Below are positions 18,801 to 28,074 of a stretch of DNA of 64,000 nucleotides, one piece after another. The translations under genes were made by a program, and so were the position numbers. Numbering within the stretch: position 1 is the stretch's first letter; each line of letters starts with the position of its first letter. The notes under the pieces are model-generated. The model was given only the letters and a program-made list of their open reading frames with translations. It was not told where the DNA came from and did not search any database. The DNA comes from Minisyncoccia bacterium (lineage in GTDB: Bacteria; Patescibacteriota; Minisyncoccia; UBA6257; 2-01-FULL-56-20): NCBI GenBank assembly GCA_050015515.1, contig JBEKBG010000001.1, forward strand, positions 86,814 to 150,813, given 5' to 3'.

Positions 18801-19781
18801 TTAATATCCAACTCTTTTCTTTACCTCCGCCATCTTCTTTGTGGCAACCACGCCTGCTTTCTTTGAGCCTGCCGCCAGTATTTTTCTCATCGCCACCGGT
18901 TTTGCGAGTAGCGCCGCCTTCTTGGCGCGAAACTTTTCAAAGTGCCGCGCGATCAGTTCCGCGAGCCCGCGCTTAAGATCCGAATACTGCTTTCCCTCGA
19001 AATCGATCGCAACGGCGTGCGGATCTTTGCCAAGGAAGGCGCCGTAGATCTCCAGCAAATTGGAAAGCCCGGGCTTTTTCTCCGGATCGTAGAGTATCTC
19101 CGCGCCGGAGTCCGTTACCGCGCGGGCGAGCTTGCGCTTGATCTCCTCCGGCGAGTCGTCGATGAAGAGGCATCCCTCCGGATCGGACTTGGACATTTTT
19201 TTAAGCGGGTCTTTGAGCGACATCACGCGCGGCGTTTGGGTGAGCGATCCCTTCGGCTCGATGAATGTTTCGCCGAAGCGCGCGTTGAACTTCCGCGCCA
19301 CGGTACGCGCGAGTTCAAGATGCTGGAGCTGGTCCTCGCCCACGGGGATGAACTGCGCGCCATAGATCAGGATATCCGCTGCCATGAGCACGGGGTAATC
19401 AAAGAGCCCGGCGTTCACGTTCGCCGCCTGGCGCGCGGATTTGTCTTTGTATTGCGTCATGCGCTCCAGGTCGCCCATCGGCGTCACGGTGTTCAGTACC
19501 CACGCGAGCTCGCTATGCGCGGGGATCTGCGACTGCTGATAGATGAGCGATTTTTTAGGATCAAGTCCGGCGGCAAGATAGTCCGCAGTGAGGTTCAAAA
19601 TATTCGCCGCGAGCGTTTTCGGCTCCGGGCCTTCCGTCAGCGCGTGCAGGTCGGCAAGGAAAAAGTAGCATTGATATTCGCCGGAATTCTGGAGCTCCAC
19701 AAAGTTCTTGAGCGCGCCAAGGTAGTTGCCAATATGCAGGCGCCCGGTGGGTTGCATGCCGGAGACGAGGATCGGTTTCAT
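18801..19781 (-). CDS. trpS: Tryptophan--tRNA ligase
   Basis: TGRLHIGN (HIGH) and KMSKS motifs; length typical of bacterial TrpS. Confidence 0.9.
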   Translation of the reverse strand: MKPILVSGMQPTGRLHIGNYLGALKNFVELQNSGEYQCYFFLADLHALTEGPEPKTLAANILNLTADYLAAGLDPKKSLIYQQSQIPAHSELAWVLNTVTPMGDLERMTQYKDKSARQAANVNAGLFDYPVLMAADILIYGAQFIPVGEDQLQHLELARTVARKFNARFGETFIEPKGSLTQTPRVMSLKDPLKKMSKSDPEGCLFIDDSPEEIKRKLARAVTDSGAEILYDPEKKPGLSNLLEIYGAFLGKDPHAVAIDFEGKQYSDLKRGLAELIARHFEKFRAKKAALLAKPVAMRKILAAGSKKAGVVATKKMAEVKKRVGY

Positions 19782-19832
19782 ATGATGATTATATCACGGG
19801 GGCGAGGATGTTACAGAGTCTAGAATTTAATC

Positions 19833-20717
19833 TCATCGCCGCACGATATTATATATAAAGCAGCCAGGAGTGATTCTAATAACACCGTCCCGATTGCGAT
19901 ATTTTTCAATATCTGCAGATAATTCCTCAATTATTTTATCGATAGAACCTGAGGTATTGAAATGGGACTCCATGTGAAAGTTGAGATAATATTCAAGCGC
20001 TTCATCTATCGAATGGAATTCGAGGGGGTCACCCTTGTACCGTTTACAGGTAAATGTAATCACGCCCCGCGCCTTAAGACACTTAAGGATATCATCGATA
20101 AGAAGTTTTGACGGACTTTGTCTTGTGCTGTCTTTAAAGATGGGGAAAGCGTGACGTCTTTGCTTAATAGATATCATTTGCTCCTCTGACAGGGAATCAA
20201 AATGCATCAAAAAGAACGAGCCGCCGGGCTGTAGGTTGTTTGTGAGAAATTTATTAACTGCTAATCGAATTTTTTGCGACCCATTCTTAATTCCGAGCCG
20301 ACTCAGCGTTTGGTGCGTGGAATGTGAAAAACTCCACAAACTGAAGGCAAAATCGTAGCGCCCTTTTGCAGCTAATAGGAAGTCAATTGTATCGGACGCC
20401 ACATAATAGAGTGTTTTCGACTCTGAAAATTTTTGCCTGCAACGCGCGAGCATCCTTTTGCTTAAATCGACGAGCGTGATCCGCTCCATATGCTTCGCGT
20501 AATCTATGGCTATTTTTGTCGCTCTGCCAGTGCCAGGGCCAAATTCAATGAATTTTCTAGCAGAAGGAGCGTGCTCAATACGATCTCTCAGGAGTTCAAG
20601 ATCGGACTTGCTGTTAAATCGATAGCTTTTTAGTATTCGATCATAATAGGCAGGGTTGAGATATTCTTTTGTGTTAGCTCTTACCGAGAGCCAACGATAT
20701 TTTTTGTTCATTTTCAT
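19833..20717 (-). CDS. Class I SAM-dependent methyltransferase
   Basis: IEFGPGTGRAT motif I; AT-rich gene in a GC-rich neighbourhood. Confidence 0.6.
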   Translation of the reverse strand: MKMNKKYRWLSVRANTKEYLNPAYYDRILKSYRFNSKSDLELLRDRIEHAPSARKFIEFGPGTGRATKIAIDYAKHMERITLVDLSKRMLARCRQKFSESKTLYYVASDTIDFLLAAKGRYDFAFSLWSFSHSTHQTLSRLGIKNGSQKIRLAVNKFLTNNLQPGGSFFLMHFDSLSEEQMISIKQRRHAFPIFKDSTRQSPSKLLIDDILKCLKARGVITFTCKRYKGDPLEFHSIDEALEYYLNFHMESHFNTSGSIDKIIEELSADIEKYRNRDGVIRITPGCFIYNIVRR

Positions 20718-20866
20718 AGCATGAGTATGTCTATTTATATAATATTTGCTGGTTTTATCGTCATATGACTTAATAATAAGCCATAAAATAAGGATTATTT
20801 CGTCTTTACGGTGAAAAATGTGTCGAAAATATTGACATTTTTTCTAATATCAAATAATCTGTAGTT

Positions 20867-21604
20867 ATGGAAGACAATATTATAAGAGGGTTATCGGCGT
20901 TTGGGCTTGTTCAGAACGAAGCGACCATCTATGCCGCATTGTTAAAGTCTCCAAAGATGACAATATCAGAGATCGCCCGAGGCACCGGTTTAAAACGAGC
21001 TACCTGCTACCAGTATCTCGACGCTTTACTCGTAAAGGATTTCATCTTGCGTATTCCAGTTGGGAAGCGGACATTCTATGGCGCGGTCAGGCCGCAAAAA
21101 TTATTGAACGCGGCGAAGAAGCGGTTTGCAACTCTGGAAACTTTAGCGGACGAGATGGAAAAGCAATACGACGCGGCAACCCATAAGCCGAAGGTTCGAT
21201 TTCATGAAGGCAAACGTGATATCAAAAATATATACGAGGAGATGTTCAAAACCGTGGGGGACGCTTGTTCAATATTTCCTCCCGCCGCCTTTTTCGAGAA
21301 TTTCACGGAGCAAGAATATGATGATTTTGATATGACCATCGGAAAACACGCCTTCAAGAGCCGAGACCTTATCGTCGCGGATAAATATTTTCACCGGGTT
21401 AATGACATAAGAAAGAAAAATGGGGTTGAGCAAAAGATGACCAAGAAGCTTCCAGTATCATTTCAGAGCAATGTTGATGTGCTCGTCAACCATGATAAGG
21501 TAGCACTTGTAAGCTTGCGAAATTTGTCGGGACTAGTCATTGAAGATAAAGACATCGCCGACCTATTCCGAAATATCCACTCATTTATTTGGAAATCGAT
21601 ATAA
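20867..21604 (+). CDS. TrmB-family transcriptional regulator (N-terminal wHTH)
   Basis: N-terminal TrmB-type HTH (TISEIARGTGLKRATCYQYLDAL); TTGACA -35 element upstream. Confidence 0.55.
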   Translation: MEDNIIRGLSAFGLVQNEATIYAALLKSPKMTISEIARGTGLKRATCYQYLDALLVKDFILRIPVGKRTFYGAVRPQKLLNAAKKRFATLETLADEMEKQYDAATHKPKVRFHEGKRDIKNIYEEMFKTVGDACSIFPPAAFFENFTEQEYDDFDMTIGKHAFKSRDLIVADKYFHRVNDIRKKNGVEQKMTKKLPVSFQSNVDVLVNHDKVALVSLRNLSGLVIEDKDIADLFRNIHSFIWKSI

Positions 21605-21634
21605 AAAATACCCCATAGGAGGGGGTATTTTTTT
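21603..21634. terminator. Bidirectional terminator (A-run, TACCCC-ATAGGAG-GGGGTA hairpin, T-run)
   Basis: Lies between the convergent trmB-like gene and rnj. Confidence 0.45.
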
Positions 21635-21639
21635 AGTGG

Positions 21640-23670
21640 CTATATCTCTATCACCACCGGCAATATCATCGGCCGGCGCTTGGTCTTCGTATAGAGGTAT
21701 TGCCCGACCTGATCGCGCAACAGCGTCTTCACGTAATCCGGTTCCACTTCCTTGAAGTTGGGGATGCGGGTCATGAGGCCGCGGATGCGCTTGCGGATCT
21801 CGTCCAGGATTTCCTGATTGTCTTTCAGGTAGATGAAGCCGCGCGAGATGATGTCGGGATTCTTGAGTAAGCGACCCTTGTCGCGATCCACCGTGAGGAT
21901 GATAACGAGCATACCTTCGGCAGCGAGTGCGCGGCGATCGCGCAACACGACTTCTTCCACGTCGCCGACGCCGAGGCCGTCCACCATCACATAATAGGCG
22001 GGAACCGTTTCCTTTGTCACCTTGAACGAATCTTTAGTGAGCTCGGCGACCTCGCCGTTGTCCATCAGGCGCACATTATCTTTCGCCACGCCGGATTCGC
22101 GCGCGGTGATCCCGTTCGCGGCGCGCATGAAGTAGTAGCCGTGTATCGGCATCAAGAACTTTGGCTTGAGGAGTTTGATGACGAGTGCGATGTCGCCCTT
22201 CGGCGCGTGGCCGGAGGAATGGATGTCCACGAGCGCGGAGTGATAGACGATCGCGCCCTGTCGCGCGAGGTTGTCTTTGACGGTCTGCACGCTGCGCTCG
22301 TTGCCCGGGATGACGGATGACGAGAGCACGAACGTGTCGCCCGGCTTGATCTTGATGGAACGATGCTCGCCGTTGATGATCTTCATAAGCCCGGCGTTCG
22401 ATTCGCCCTGCGCGCCGGTGGTGAGGATCAACACCTTATCATCTTTATATTTGCTGATCTCTTCCACGGCGATGAGCGTGCCTTCCTTGGCTTTCACAAA
22501 GCCAAGGTTCTGCGCAATCTGGATGTTCGTCTTCATGGAGTAGCCGTTCAATGCCACCTTGCGCCCGATCTTCTCGGCGATCTTGATGATCTCCGCGATG
22601 CGCGTGATGAGCGACGAAAATGTGGCGACCGCGATGCGGCCTTCGGCGGCGCGGAAGATCTCCTCCAAATTCTTCTCAACCGTTTTCTCCGAGACCGAGT
22701 GCCCCGGGCGTTCCGCGGCGGTGGAATCCACCATAAAGGTGTGCACGCCCATCTTACCGAGCTTCTCGAATTCCTCCGTGCCGTGCACATTGCCTTCGTC
22801 GTCGTAGTCCAGGCGGAAGTCCGCAAAGTGGACGATGTTACCGATCGGCGTCTTCATCATCACGCCGGTCGTTTCCGGGATCGTGTGCGGTACGCCGAAG
22901 AACAGCGCGGTAAAGTTGTTTGAAAGCTTTATTTCGTCGCCGTCCTTTACGAGCTGCACGTTCATCTTTGGCGCGTTCGGAAAATCATCCGAGCGTTTTT
23001 CGATGATCGCCTTCGTGATGGACGTCGCGTAGATCGGCGGATTGCCGATGCGGGCCAGCACGTGCGGCAACGCGCCGATGTGGTCGTAGTGGCCGTGCGT
23101 CAAAATGATCGCGGCGATGTTCTGTTTTTTCTTCTCCAGGTATTCGACGTTCGGGATGATGTAATCGATGCCGGGCGTTTCTTCCTCCGGAAACTGGAGC
23201 CCCATGTCGATGATCACGATCTCGTTCTTGTATTCCAGGAACGAGCAGTTGCGGCCGATCTCCTCCAAGCCACCGAGTGGCACGAGGCGCACCGCATCGG
23301 GATTCGGTTTTTCGTTCGGGTCGTGCGCGACCTGCGGGCGGGGACCCATCTTGGAATTCTGCAGATGCGTGCCGGGCTTCGGCGCGCCAGGGCCGTGCTT
23401 GAATTCGCGGCGCGCCTCGCGCTCTTCGCGCGACCCGCCACCGGTATGTGCGCCGCCTCCGGTGTTGCCACCACTGCGTTGCGGGTGAGTGGGGGATTGT
23501 CCCGGGCGTCCGCTCGGATGCTGCGGCGGACGCGGGGTGCGCGCCGGCGTGGCGGGTCTCTCGTGTATTGGCATCGGCGTGCGTGGCCGGATCTCCGGCG
23601 GTTTTATGCGTGGGCGCTCTTTTGGCGCCGGCGCCGGTGCGTTGTTATTATTTTCATTCTTTTTAATCAT
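21640..23670 (-). CDS. rnj: Ribonuclease J with a roughly 125-aa Pro/Gly/Arg-rich N-terminal extension
   Basis: Metallo-beta-lactamase HGHYDH motif, beta-CASP and C-terminal domain; low-complexity N-terminus. Confidence 0.85.
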   Translation of the reverse strand: MIKKNENNNNAPAPAPKERPRIKPPEIRPRTPMPIHERPATPARTPRPPQHPSGRPGQSPTHPQRSGGNTGGGAHTGGGSREEREARREFKHGPGAPKPGTHLQNSKMGPRPQVAHDPNEKPNPDAVRLVPLGGLEEIGRNCSFLEYKNEIVIIDMGLQFPEEETPGIDYIIPNVEYLEKKKQNIAAIILTHGHYDHIGALPHVLARIGNPPIYATSITKAIIEKRSDDFPNAPKMNVQLVKDGDEIKLSNNFTALFFGVPHTIPETTGVMMKTPIGNIVHFADFRLDYDDEGNVHGTEEFEKLGKMGVHTFMVDSTAAERPGHSVSEKTVEKNLEEIFRAAEGRIAVATFSSLITRIAEIIKIAEKIGRKVALNGYSMKTNIQIAQNLGFVKAKEGTLIAVEEISKYKDDKVLILTTGAQGESNAGLMKIINGEHRSIKIKPGDTFVLSSSVIPGNERSVQTVKDNLARQGAIVYHSALVDIHSSGHAPKGDIALVIKLLKPKFLMPIHGYYFMRAANGITARESGVAKDNVRLMDNGEVAELTKDSFKVTKETVPAYYVMVDGLGVGDVEEVVLRDRRALAAEGMLVIILTVDRDKGRLLKNPDIISRGFIYLKDNQEILDEIRKRIRGLMTRIPNFKEVEPDYVKTLLRDQVGQYLYTKTKRRPMILPVVIEI

Positions 23671-23703
23671 GTTTGTGTTACTGCTTATTTTTTTACTTTA
23701 CTT

Positions 23704-24114
23704 TTATTTAATTTCTGCTTTTGTGATCTCTGCCTCGATTTTTTCCGCGATCGTTGCCAGCGTTTCATCGTCCATGTGAGTCGCCCGTTTGGGATTGAGT
23801 TCGTTTGGATTATGGAGCGGCACCAGATGCACATGCGCGTGCGGCATCCCGAACCCTTCCACGGCGATCCCGATCTTTCTGGATTGCATCGCGTTTTGCA
23901 ACGGCGTCGACAACGCCTTTGCGGTTTCAAATATGTTTTTATATTGCTCATCCGGCAGGTCAAACACGCTTTCGATGTGAACTTTCGGGATTATTAAAAG
24001 ATGGCCGGGGTTGACGGGGTTTACATCCAAAAACACCAGAAAATTTTCGTCTTCTTTTATAATATGCGCCGGGATTTCTCTTCCGACTATTTTGCAGAAA
24101 ATGCAATCAGCCAT
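23704..24114 (-). CDS. HIT family protein (histidine triad hydrolase)
   Basis: HAHVHLVP histidine triad. Confidence 0.8.
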   Translation of the reverse strand: MADCIFCKIVGREIPAHIIKEDENFLVFLDVNPVNPGHLLIIPKVHIESVFDLPDEQYKNIFETAKALSTPLQNAMQSRKIGIAVEGFGMPHAHVHLVPLHNPNELNPKRATHMDDETLATIAEKIEAEITKAEIK

Positions 24115-24128
24115 GAAATAATGTTAAG

Positions 24129-24212
24129 TGCTGGAGAGGGGAGTCGAACCCCTATGATCTTGCGATCGCTGGCACCTGAAGCCAGTGCGTCTGCCAGTTC
24201 CGCCACCCCAGC
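24129..24212 (-). tRNA. tRNA-Leu (anticodon CAG)
   Basis: 84 nt cloverleaf reconstructed by hand: acceptor GCTGGGG/CTCCAGC, anticodon loop TTCAGGT, long variable arm, T-loop GGGGTTCGACTCCCC; CCA not encoded. Confidence 0.9.
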
Positions 24213-24286
24213 ATGTCAAAGGAGGATCTGTCTTAGTGATTAAAGCATAGCATGGAAATATCGCAAAAGTCAACTTTTCCCCATGC

Positions 24287-24419
24287 GCCTGGCATGCCCA
24301 TATGCCCTATTCGTTTTTCGGGTACGCGTCGCGGCCGGCTGGCCGCGCGCTCCATCTCGGCGGCCTTCGCCGCCTGCGATAGCCCCTTAAAACGAATAGG
24401 GCATATGGGTATGCCAGGC
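24287..24419. repeat. Structured repeat family, copy 1: 75-nt conserved core with two GC hairpins inside a unique 29-31-bp closing stem
   Basis: Core CGGGTACGCGTCGCGGCC-NN-CTGGCCGCGCGCTC...GGCGGC-CTTC-GCCGCC...CGATAGCCCC shared with copies at 27850..27972 and 30626..30756; outer stems are unrelated in sequence but each is self-complementary. Confidence 0.6.
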
Positions 24420-24456
24420 CAGTGTGGCTATATTGATAATCTGTTATGATATTTTT

Positions 24457-24978
24457 ATGAAGATATATTTTGCAGCCCATGCAACGACGAAAGACAACGA
24501 AGCGAAGGTCGCTTCCGGTTGGAGCGATACGGAGCTTTCCGATTTGGGGCATGAACAAGCCAAGGAGCTGGGAAAAATATTTAGGGATATTCCGTTGGAT
24601 GTAGTGTGCTGCTCCGATTTAAGGAGGGCGGTTGATACCGTTCGGATAGCGTTTGAAAATAAATATCCCGTCGTTGCCGATAAGCGCTTGCGTGAACTTA
24701 ATTATGGGGATTTCAATGGTCAGCCGTCGGCGGTTGTTGAACCGATGAAAAAACAACGTATCAAAGAACCTTTTTCAAACGGAGAGAGTTATGAACAGGC
24801 AGTCACACGGGCTCAGGGATTTTATAATGAGCTCAAGGAAAAATATCCCAATAAGACAATCTTAGTGGTGGGCCATCGGGCGACTCAATACGGACTTGAC
24901 GTACTCACTGGAAAGACATTGGAAGAATTATTGAGCGTGCCCTTTAAATGGCGGTCTTATTGGGAATATCAGATTTAA
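24457..24978 (+). CDS. Histidine phosphatase family protein (phosphoglycerate-mutase-like), divergent
   Basis: PGM-family layout (catalytic His near N-terminus, SDLRRA, VGHRATQ) but RHG is replaced by AHA; start at ATG 24457 (the track ORF begins at GTG 24424). Confidence 0.55.
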   Translation: MKIYFAAHATTKDNEAKVASGWSDTELSDLGHEQAKELGKIFRDIPLDVVCCSDLRRAVDTVRIAFENKYPVVADKRLRELNYGDFNGQPSAVVEPMKKQRIKEPFSNGESYEQAVTRAQGFYNELKEKYPNKTILVVGHRATQYGLDVLTGKTLEELLSVPFKWRSYWEYQI

Positions 24979-24999
24979 GTTTGTGAATATCATAAAAAT

Positions 25000-25443
25000 A
25001 TGAACGATTGTGTGTTTTGCACCTCGCCGGATATTACCAATGTGCGATTGATCACTCGAAACGATCTTGTGCAGGCGTTCCCCACCAATATCCCTATCAC
25101 GCCGGGACATACGATTATTTGTCCCGTTCGGCATGTCGAAAAATTTGAAGAGCTGACTGCGGATGAAAAAGCAGCGATTTTTGAGCTCGCTCTGAAGATT
25201 AAAAAAGCGTTAAAAGAATTGTTTGGCGCGGAAGGATTTCATTACGCATGGAATGAGGGGAAGGTCGCGGGTCAGTCGGTGCCGCATTTTCATTTGCACG
25301 TTGTTCCGCGCAAACAGGGCGATGGGGGAATTACCGAATACGAGCCGAGAAATTTTTTGTATCGCCCCGGATCGCGGGAGACGACGCCGGAAAAAGAACT
25401 GGGCGCGACAGCGGAACAGATAAAAAAAGCAATCGAAAAATGA
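25000..25443 (+). CDS. HIT family protein
   Basis: HFHLHVVP histidine triad. Confidence 0.75.
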   Translation: MNDCVFCTSPDITNVRLITRNDLVQAFPTNIPITPGHTIICPVRHVEKFEELTADEKAAIFELALKIKKALKELFGAEGFHYAWNEGKVAGQSVPHFHLHVVPRKQGDGGITEYEPRNFLYRPGSRETTPEKELGATAEQIKKAIEK

Positions 25444-25518
25444 AATAGCAAAAGGCAATATGCTTTTGGAGCATTTAATCTTCCATGCTCCAAAAGCATA
25501 TTGCCTTTTGCTATTTCA
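25441..25518. terminator. 34-bp perfect palindrome with 10-nt loop; bidirectional terminator between convergent genes
   Basis: TGAAATAGCAAAAGGCAATATGCTTTTGGAGCAT-ttaatcttcc-exact reverse complement. Confidence 0.55.
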
Positions 25519-27163
25519 GCACCCTTGCAGTATTTAAATACCAGCTCTCTATCTGACGAAACCGGTCGGAGGGATCGGTGAGTAGCGTAGAGGTGGAAAT
25601 GCCCTGCACGTTTTTGTTGGTCACATACACGTAGTCCGGGGAGTAGAGGAAGATGGCGGGATAATCCGCAACGATGTCCGCTTGTGCGGCGGCGAGCTCT
25701 TGCGACGACGACGCGGCATTCGGATTTTGTCGCGCACGCTCGATGAGCATGTTCACACTGGCATTGTTATAGAGCGATAGGTTGAGTCCCGGCGCAAAAT
25801 CCTGCGAAGAATCCCAGAATGAATAGAGGTCCGAGCTCGGGCCGAGTACGTTGCCAAAGAGCAGTGATTCGTAGTTGCGCGCAGGGATGAGATTGTTCAC
25901 AATGTCGTTCGATGAATCCGGTGTGATCACGACCTGCACGCCGATGGCTTGCCACGCGGATTGGAGATAGTTGGCGGTGCTCGCGAGGAAATCGATCTGC
26001 GGTACGGTCAGGTTGACGACGAGCGGGACGACAACGCCCTTGATCGTTTTTGACCGGAACGGGCTCGAGCTGCCGACCGTCCAGCCGGCATTGTCGAGTA
26101 GGTTTTCGGCGAGCGCGACAGACGAAGTGGTTGATGACGCTGATACGCTATAATTTTTTGCGCCTTGCGGCACCGGTCCGTACTCCGGCGTGCCGTTGCC
26201 GTCGAGCGCCGCGGCGACGAGCGCGTTGCGATCGAACGCAACGGAGAGCGCCTGGCGCACAGCGGGATCCTGCAAGCCGAGGTTCACACTCTGGTTGAAG
26301 AATACCGCGTAGTACGCGGACGTGGACCACGTGAAGGTGTTGTCCGGGCGGGTGATTTTCGCGATGTCCGCGGGCGAAACGTTGCCGAATCCGTCGATTG
26401 TCCCATCATTGAAACTTTTCACGAGCGCATTCTCGTCGCTCGCGAAATCAAAATTGAAATCTTGGATGAGCGGATGCGCCTCTATAGTCCCGTTCCACGC
26501 GGCGAGTTGGTAGGAAGAAATAAATCCGTCGCTATTTTTATTGTATGAAATAAATTGATAGGGACCCGAGCCGACCGGTTTCAGATTGTAATCCGACAAA
26601 TGCCAATTTCCCGGCGGCGTGTCGGCAAAAAGATGTTTCGGCAATATATATAAATTATCGAGTGTGTCCCCGAAAAACGCGTAGGGATTTGAAAGGGTAA
26701 ATTGCACTTCGAGCTCACTCACGCGGCTCACCTTCACTCCCTGCCACGATTGGTAGAGCGGGGAGTTGGCATCCGGGTTCTGGATGGAATCCACGGTGAA
26801 CACCACGTCGTCGCTCGTCAGCTGCTCGCCGTCTTGCCACGTCAGCCCCTGTTTTAATCGAACGTCCCATGTCTTAAGATCCGCGCTTGGCGTGATGCTG
26901 TCGGAAATATCAGAGAGATTGCTGTAAACCATCTTAACGAGATCAAGATCGATCTGCGATGACGCGATGACGGGATTGACGTACTCCGGCTGGCCAAGGA
27001 TGCCCTCGGTGTATTCACCGCCGGCGGCGGGAACGGCACGCGTCGTTTGCGCGATCACCAGTCCCACGACGGCCGCGAAGCTTATGACGGCTCCAGCGAG
27101 GCAGAGAACGAACGTGATGCGTTCTTTTTTAGTGAGCGCTGCAAAGATTTTTTTGAACCACAT
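25511..27163 (-). CDS. ABC transporter substrate-binding protein (peptide/nickel family 5)
   Basis: N-terminal TM anchor; SBP_bac_5-like segments (KPVGSGPYQF, YYAVFFN). Confidence 0.7.
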   Translation of the reverse strand: MWFKKIFAALTKKERITFVLCLAGAVISFAAVVGLVIAQTTRAVPAAGGEYTEGILGQPEYVNPVIASSQIDLDLVKMVYSNLSDISDSITPSADLKTWDVRLKQGLTWQDGEQLTSDDVVFTVDSIQNPDANSPLYQSWQGVKVSRVSELEVQFTLSNPYAFFGDTLDNLYILPKHLFADTPPGNWHLSDYNLKPVGSGPYQFISYNKNSDGFISSYQLAAWNGTIEAHPLIQDFNFDFASDENALVKSFNDGTIDGFGNVSPADIAKITRPDNTFTWSTSAYYAVFFNQSVNLGLQDPAVRQALSVAFDRNALVAAALDGNGTPEYGPVPQGAKNYSVSASSTTSSVALAENLLDNAGWTVGSSSPFRSKTIKGVVVPLVVNLTVPQIDFLASTANYLQSAWQAIGVQVVITPDSSNDIVNNLIPARNYESLLFGNVLGPSSDLYSFWDSSQDFAPGLNLSLYNNASVNMLIERARQNPNAASSSQELAAAQADIVADYPAIFLYSPDYVYVTNKNVQGISTSTLLTDPSDRFRQIESWYLNTARVLK

Positions 27164-27211
27164 AGAGAAAGTTTAGCGCACTTATACCTTACGCGCCCGC
27201 GTGGCGTCTGG

Positions 27212-27433
27212 TTAGTGCACCTGGATGAAAAGCTGGTAGACCGCGAGTGCAACGAAGATCACCGCAAGGACAATTGTGGAATAGAAGATCAGTTTCTCCA
27301 TGCCGCGCCGCGCCTGGTAGTATCCCTCCCCGCTGCCGCCCAAAAGGCCCGACATGCCGGAAGACCGCTCCTGCAAAAGGATGAGCGTGATGATGACGAC
27401 GGAAAGGACAATCTGGATAATGGCGATAGTCAT
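27212..27433 (-). CDS. secG: Preprotein translocase subunit SecG
   Basis: 73 aa, two TM helices flanking LLQERSSGMSGLLGGSG...RRGME. Confidence 0.7.
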   Translation of the reverse strand: MTIAIIQIVLSVVIITLILLQERSSGMSGLLGGSGEGYYQARRGMEKLIFYSTIVLAVIFVALAVYQLFIQVH

Positions 27434-27437
27434 ACGT

Positions 27438-27824
27438 TTATAGTGCGAGGTGAATGAAGAAGTTGATGATACTGACGATCAGGGTGGTCACTATAAGAGT
27501 GCCGAGATAATAAAGGGGTGGAACGTTCTGTATGGTAATACTTCCAGACAGAAAGTCAACATGATCGGCGACGATCGGGAGAAGCCAGAGGATGATCGCA
27601 TTCACAATAATTACGCCAAGCCCGAGCGTAAGGATGATGATCGGACCGAGCACGAGCGTGAGGATCGGCTTCAGGAAGAAGTTCAGGATCGCAAGCACCA
27701 GTGCGATAAGGATGAGCGTTATCCAGTTGCCGCCAAAGATAAAACCCGGAACCCATAGGTAGGCGAGCCATAACGCGAGCGCGTTGCCGCCCACTATTAT
27801 TACGAGACGTGCGAGCCAATGCAT
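27438..27824 (-). CDS. DUF360 / phage holin family 4-like membrane protein
   Basis: 128 aa, 4 TM helices; ALALWLAYLWVPGF pattern typical of YvlD/DUF360. Confidence 0.5.
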   Translation of the reverse strand: MHWLARLVIIVGGNALALWLAYLWVPGFIFGGNWITLILIALVLAILNFFLKPILTLVLGPIIILTLGLGVIIVNAIILWLLPIVADHVDFLSGSITIQNVPPLYYLGTLIVTTLIVSIINFFIHLAL

Positions 27825-27849
27825 GGTTCTATTATAGCACTATTGCCGC

Positions 27850-27972
27850 CATAAGCATGAGCTTTTGCTTTTCTCGGGTACGCGTCGCGGCCTACTGGCC
27901 GCGCGCTCAATCTCGGCCGCCTTCGCGGCCTCCGATAGCCCCTCGAAAAGCAAAAGCTAGCTCATACTTATG
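27850..27972. repeat. Structured repeat family, copy 2
   Basis: Same 75-nt core; hairpin B reads GGCCGC-CTTC-GCGGCC (compensatory to copies 1 and 3); outer stem ATAAGCATGAGCTTTTGCTTTTC pairs with GAAAAGCAAAAGCTAGCTCATACTTAT. Confidence 0.6.
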
Positions 27973-28011
27973 ACGGCGAAACGGCAGCCATAAATAGAAT
28001 TATTTTCTTTA

Positions 28012-28036
28012 GTTCGAATCCCGTCCGGTATACTGC
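28012..28036 (+). repeat. Degenerate fourth copy of the GTTCTAAA..CGTCCAGAGTGGAGTACTG intergenic motif
   Basis: GTTCGAATCCCGTCCGG-TA-TACTGC; lacks the AGTGGAG segment. Confidence 0.3.
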
Positions 28037-28074
28037 AAAAATTTAATTTTCTAACGTTGCTCGACGTAAGTATT

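Noticed and set aside
24287-24419. Hammerhead, twister or other self-cleaving ribozyme interpretation of the structured repeats
   Set aside because: The core lacks the CUGAUGA...GAAA hammerhead core and I could not match the other small-ribozyme consensus sequences from memory. Left as an unclassified structured element.
28011-28040. tRNA-like GTTCGAATCC (T-loop-like) sequence, a possible tRNA fragment or integration site
   Set aside because: No complementary T-stem or acceptor strand and no CCA. It aligns better as a degenerate copy of the GTTCTAAA..TACTG intergenic motif.
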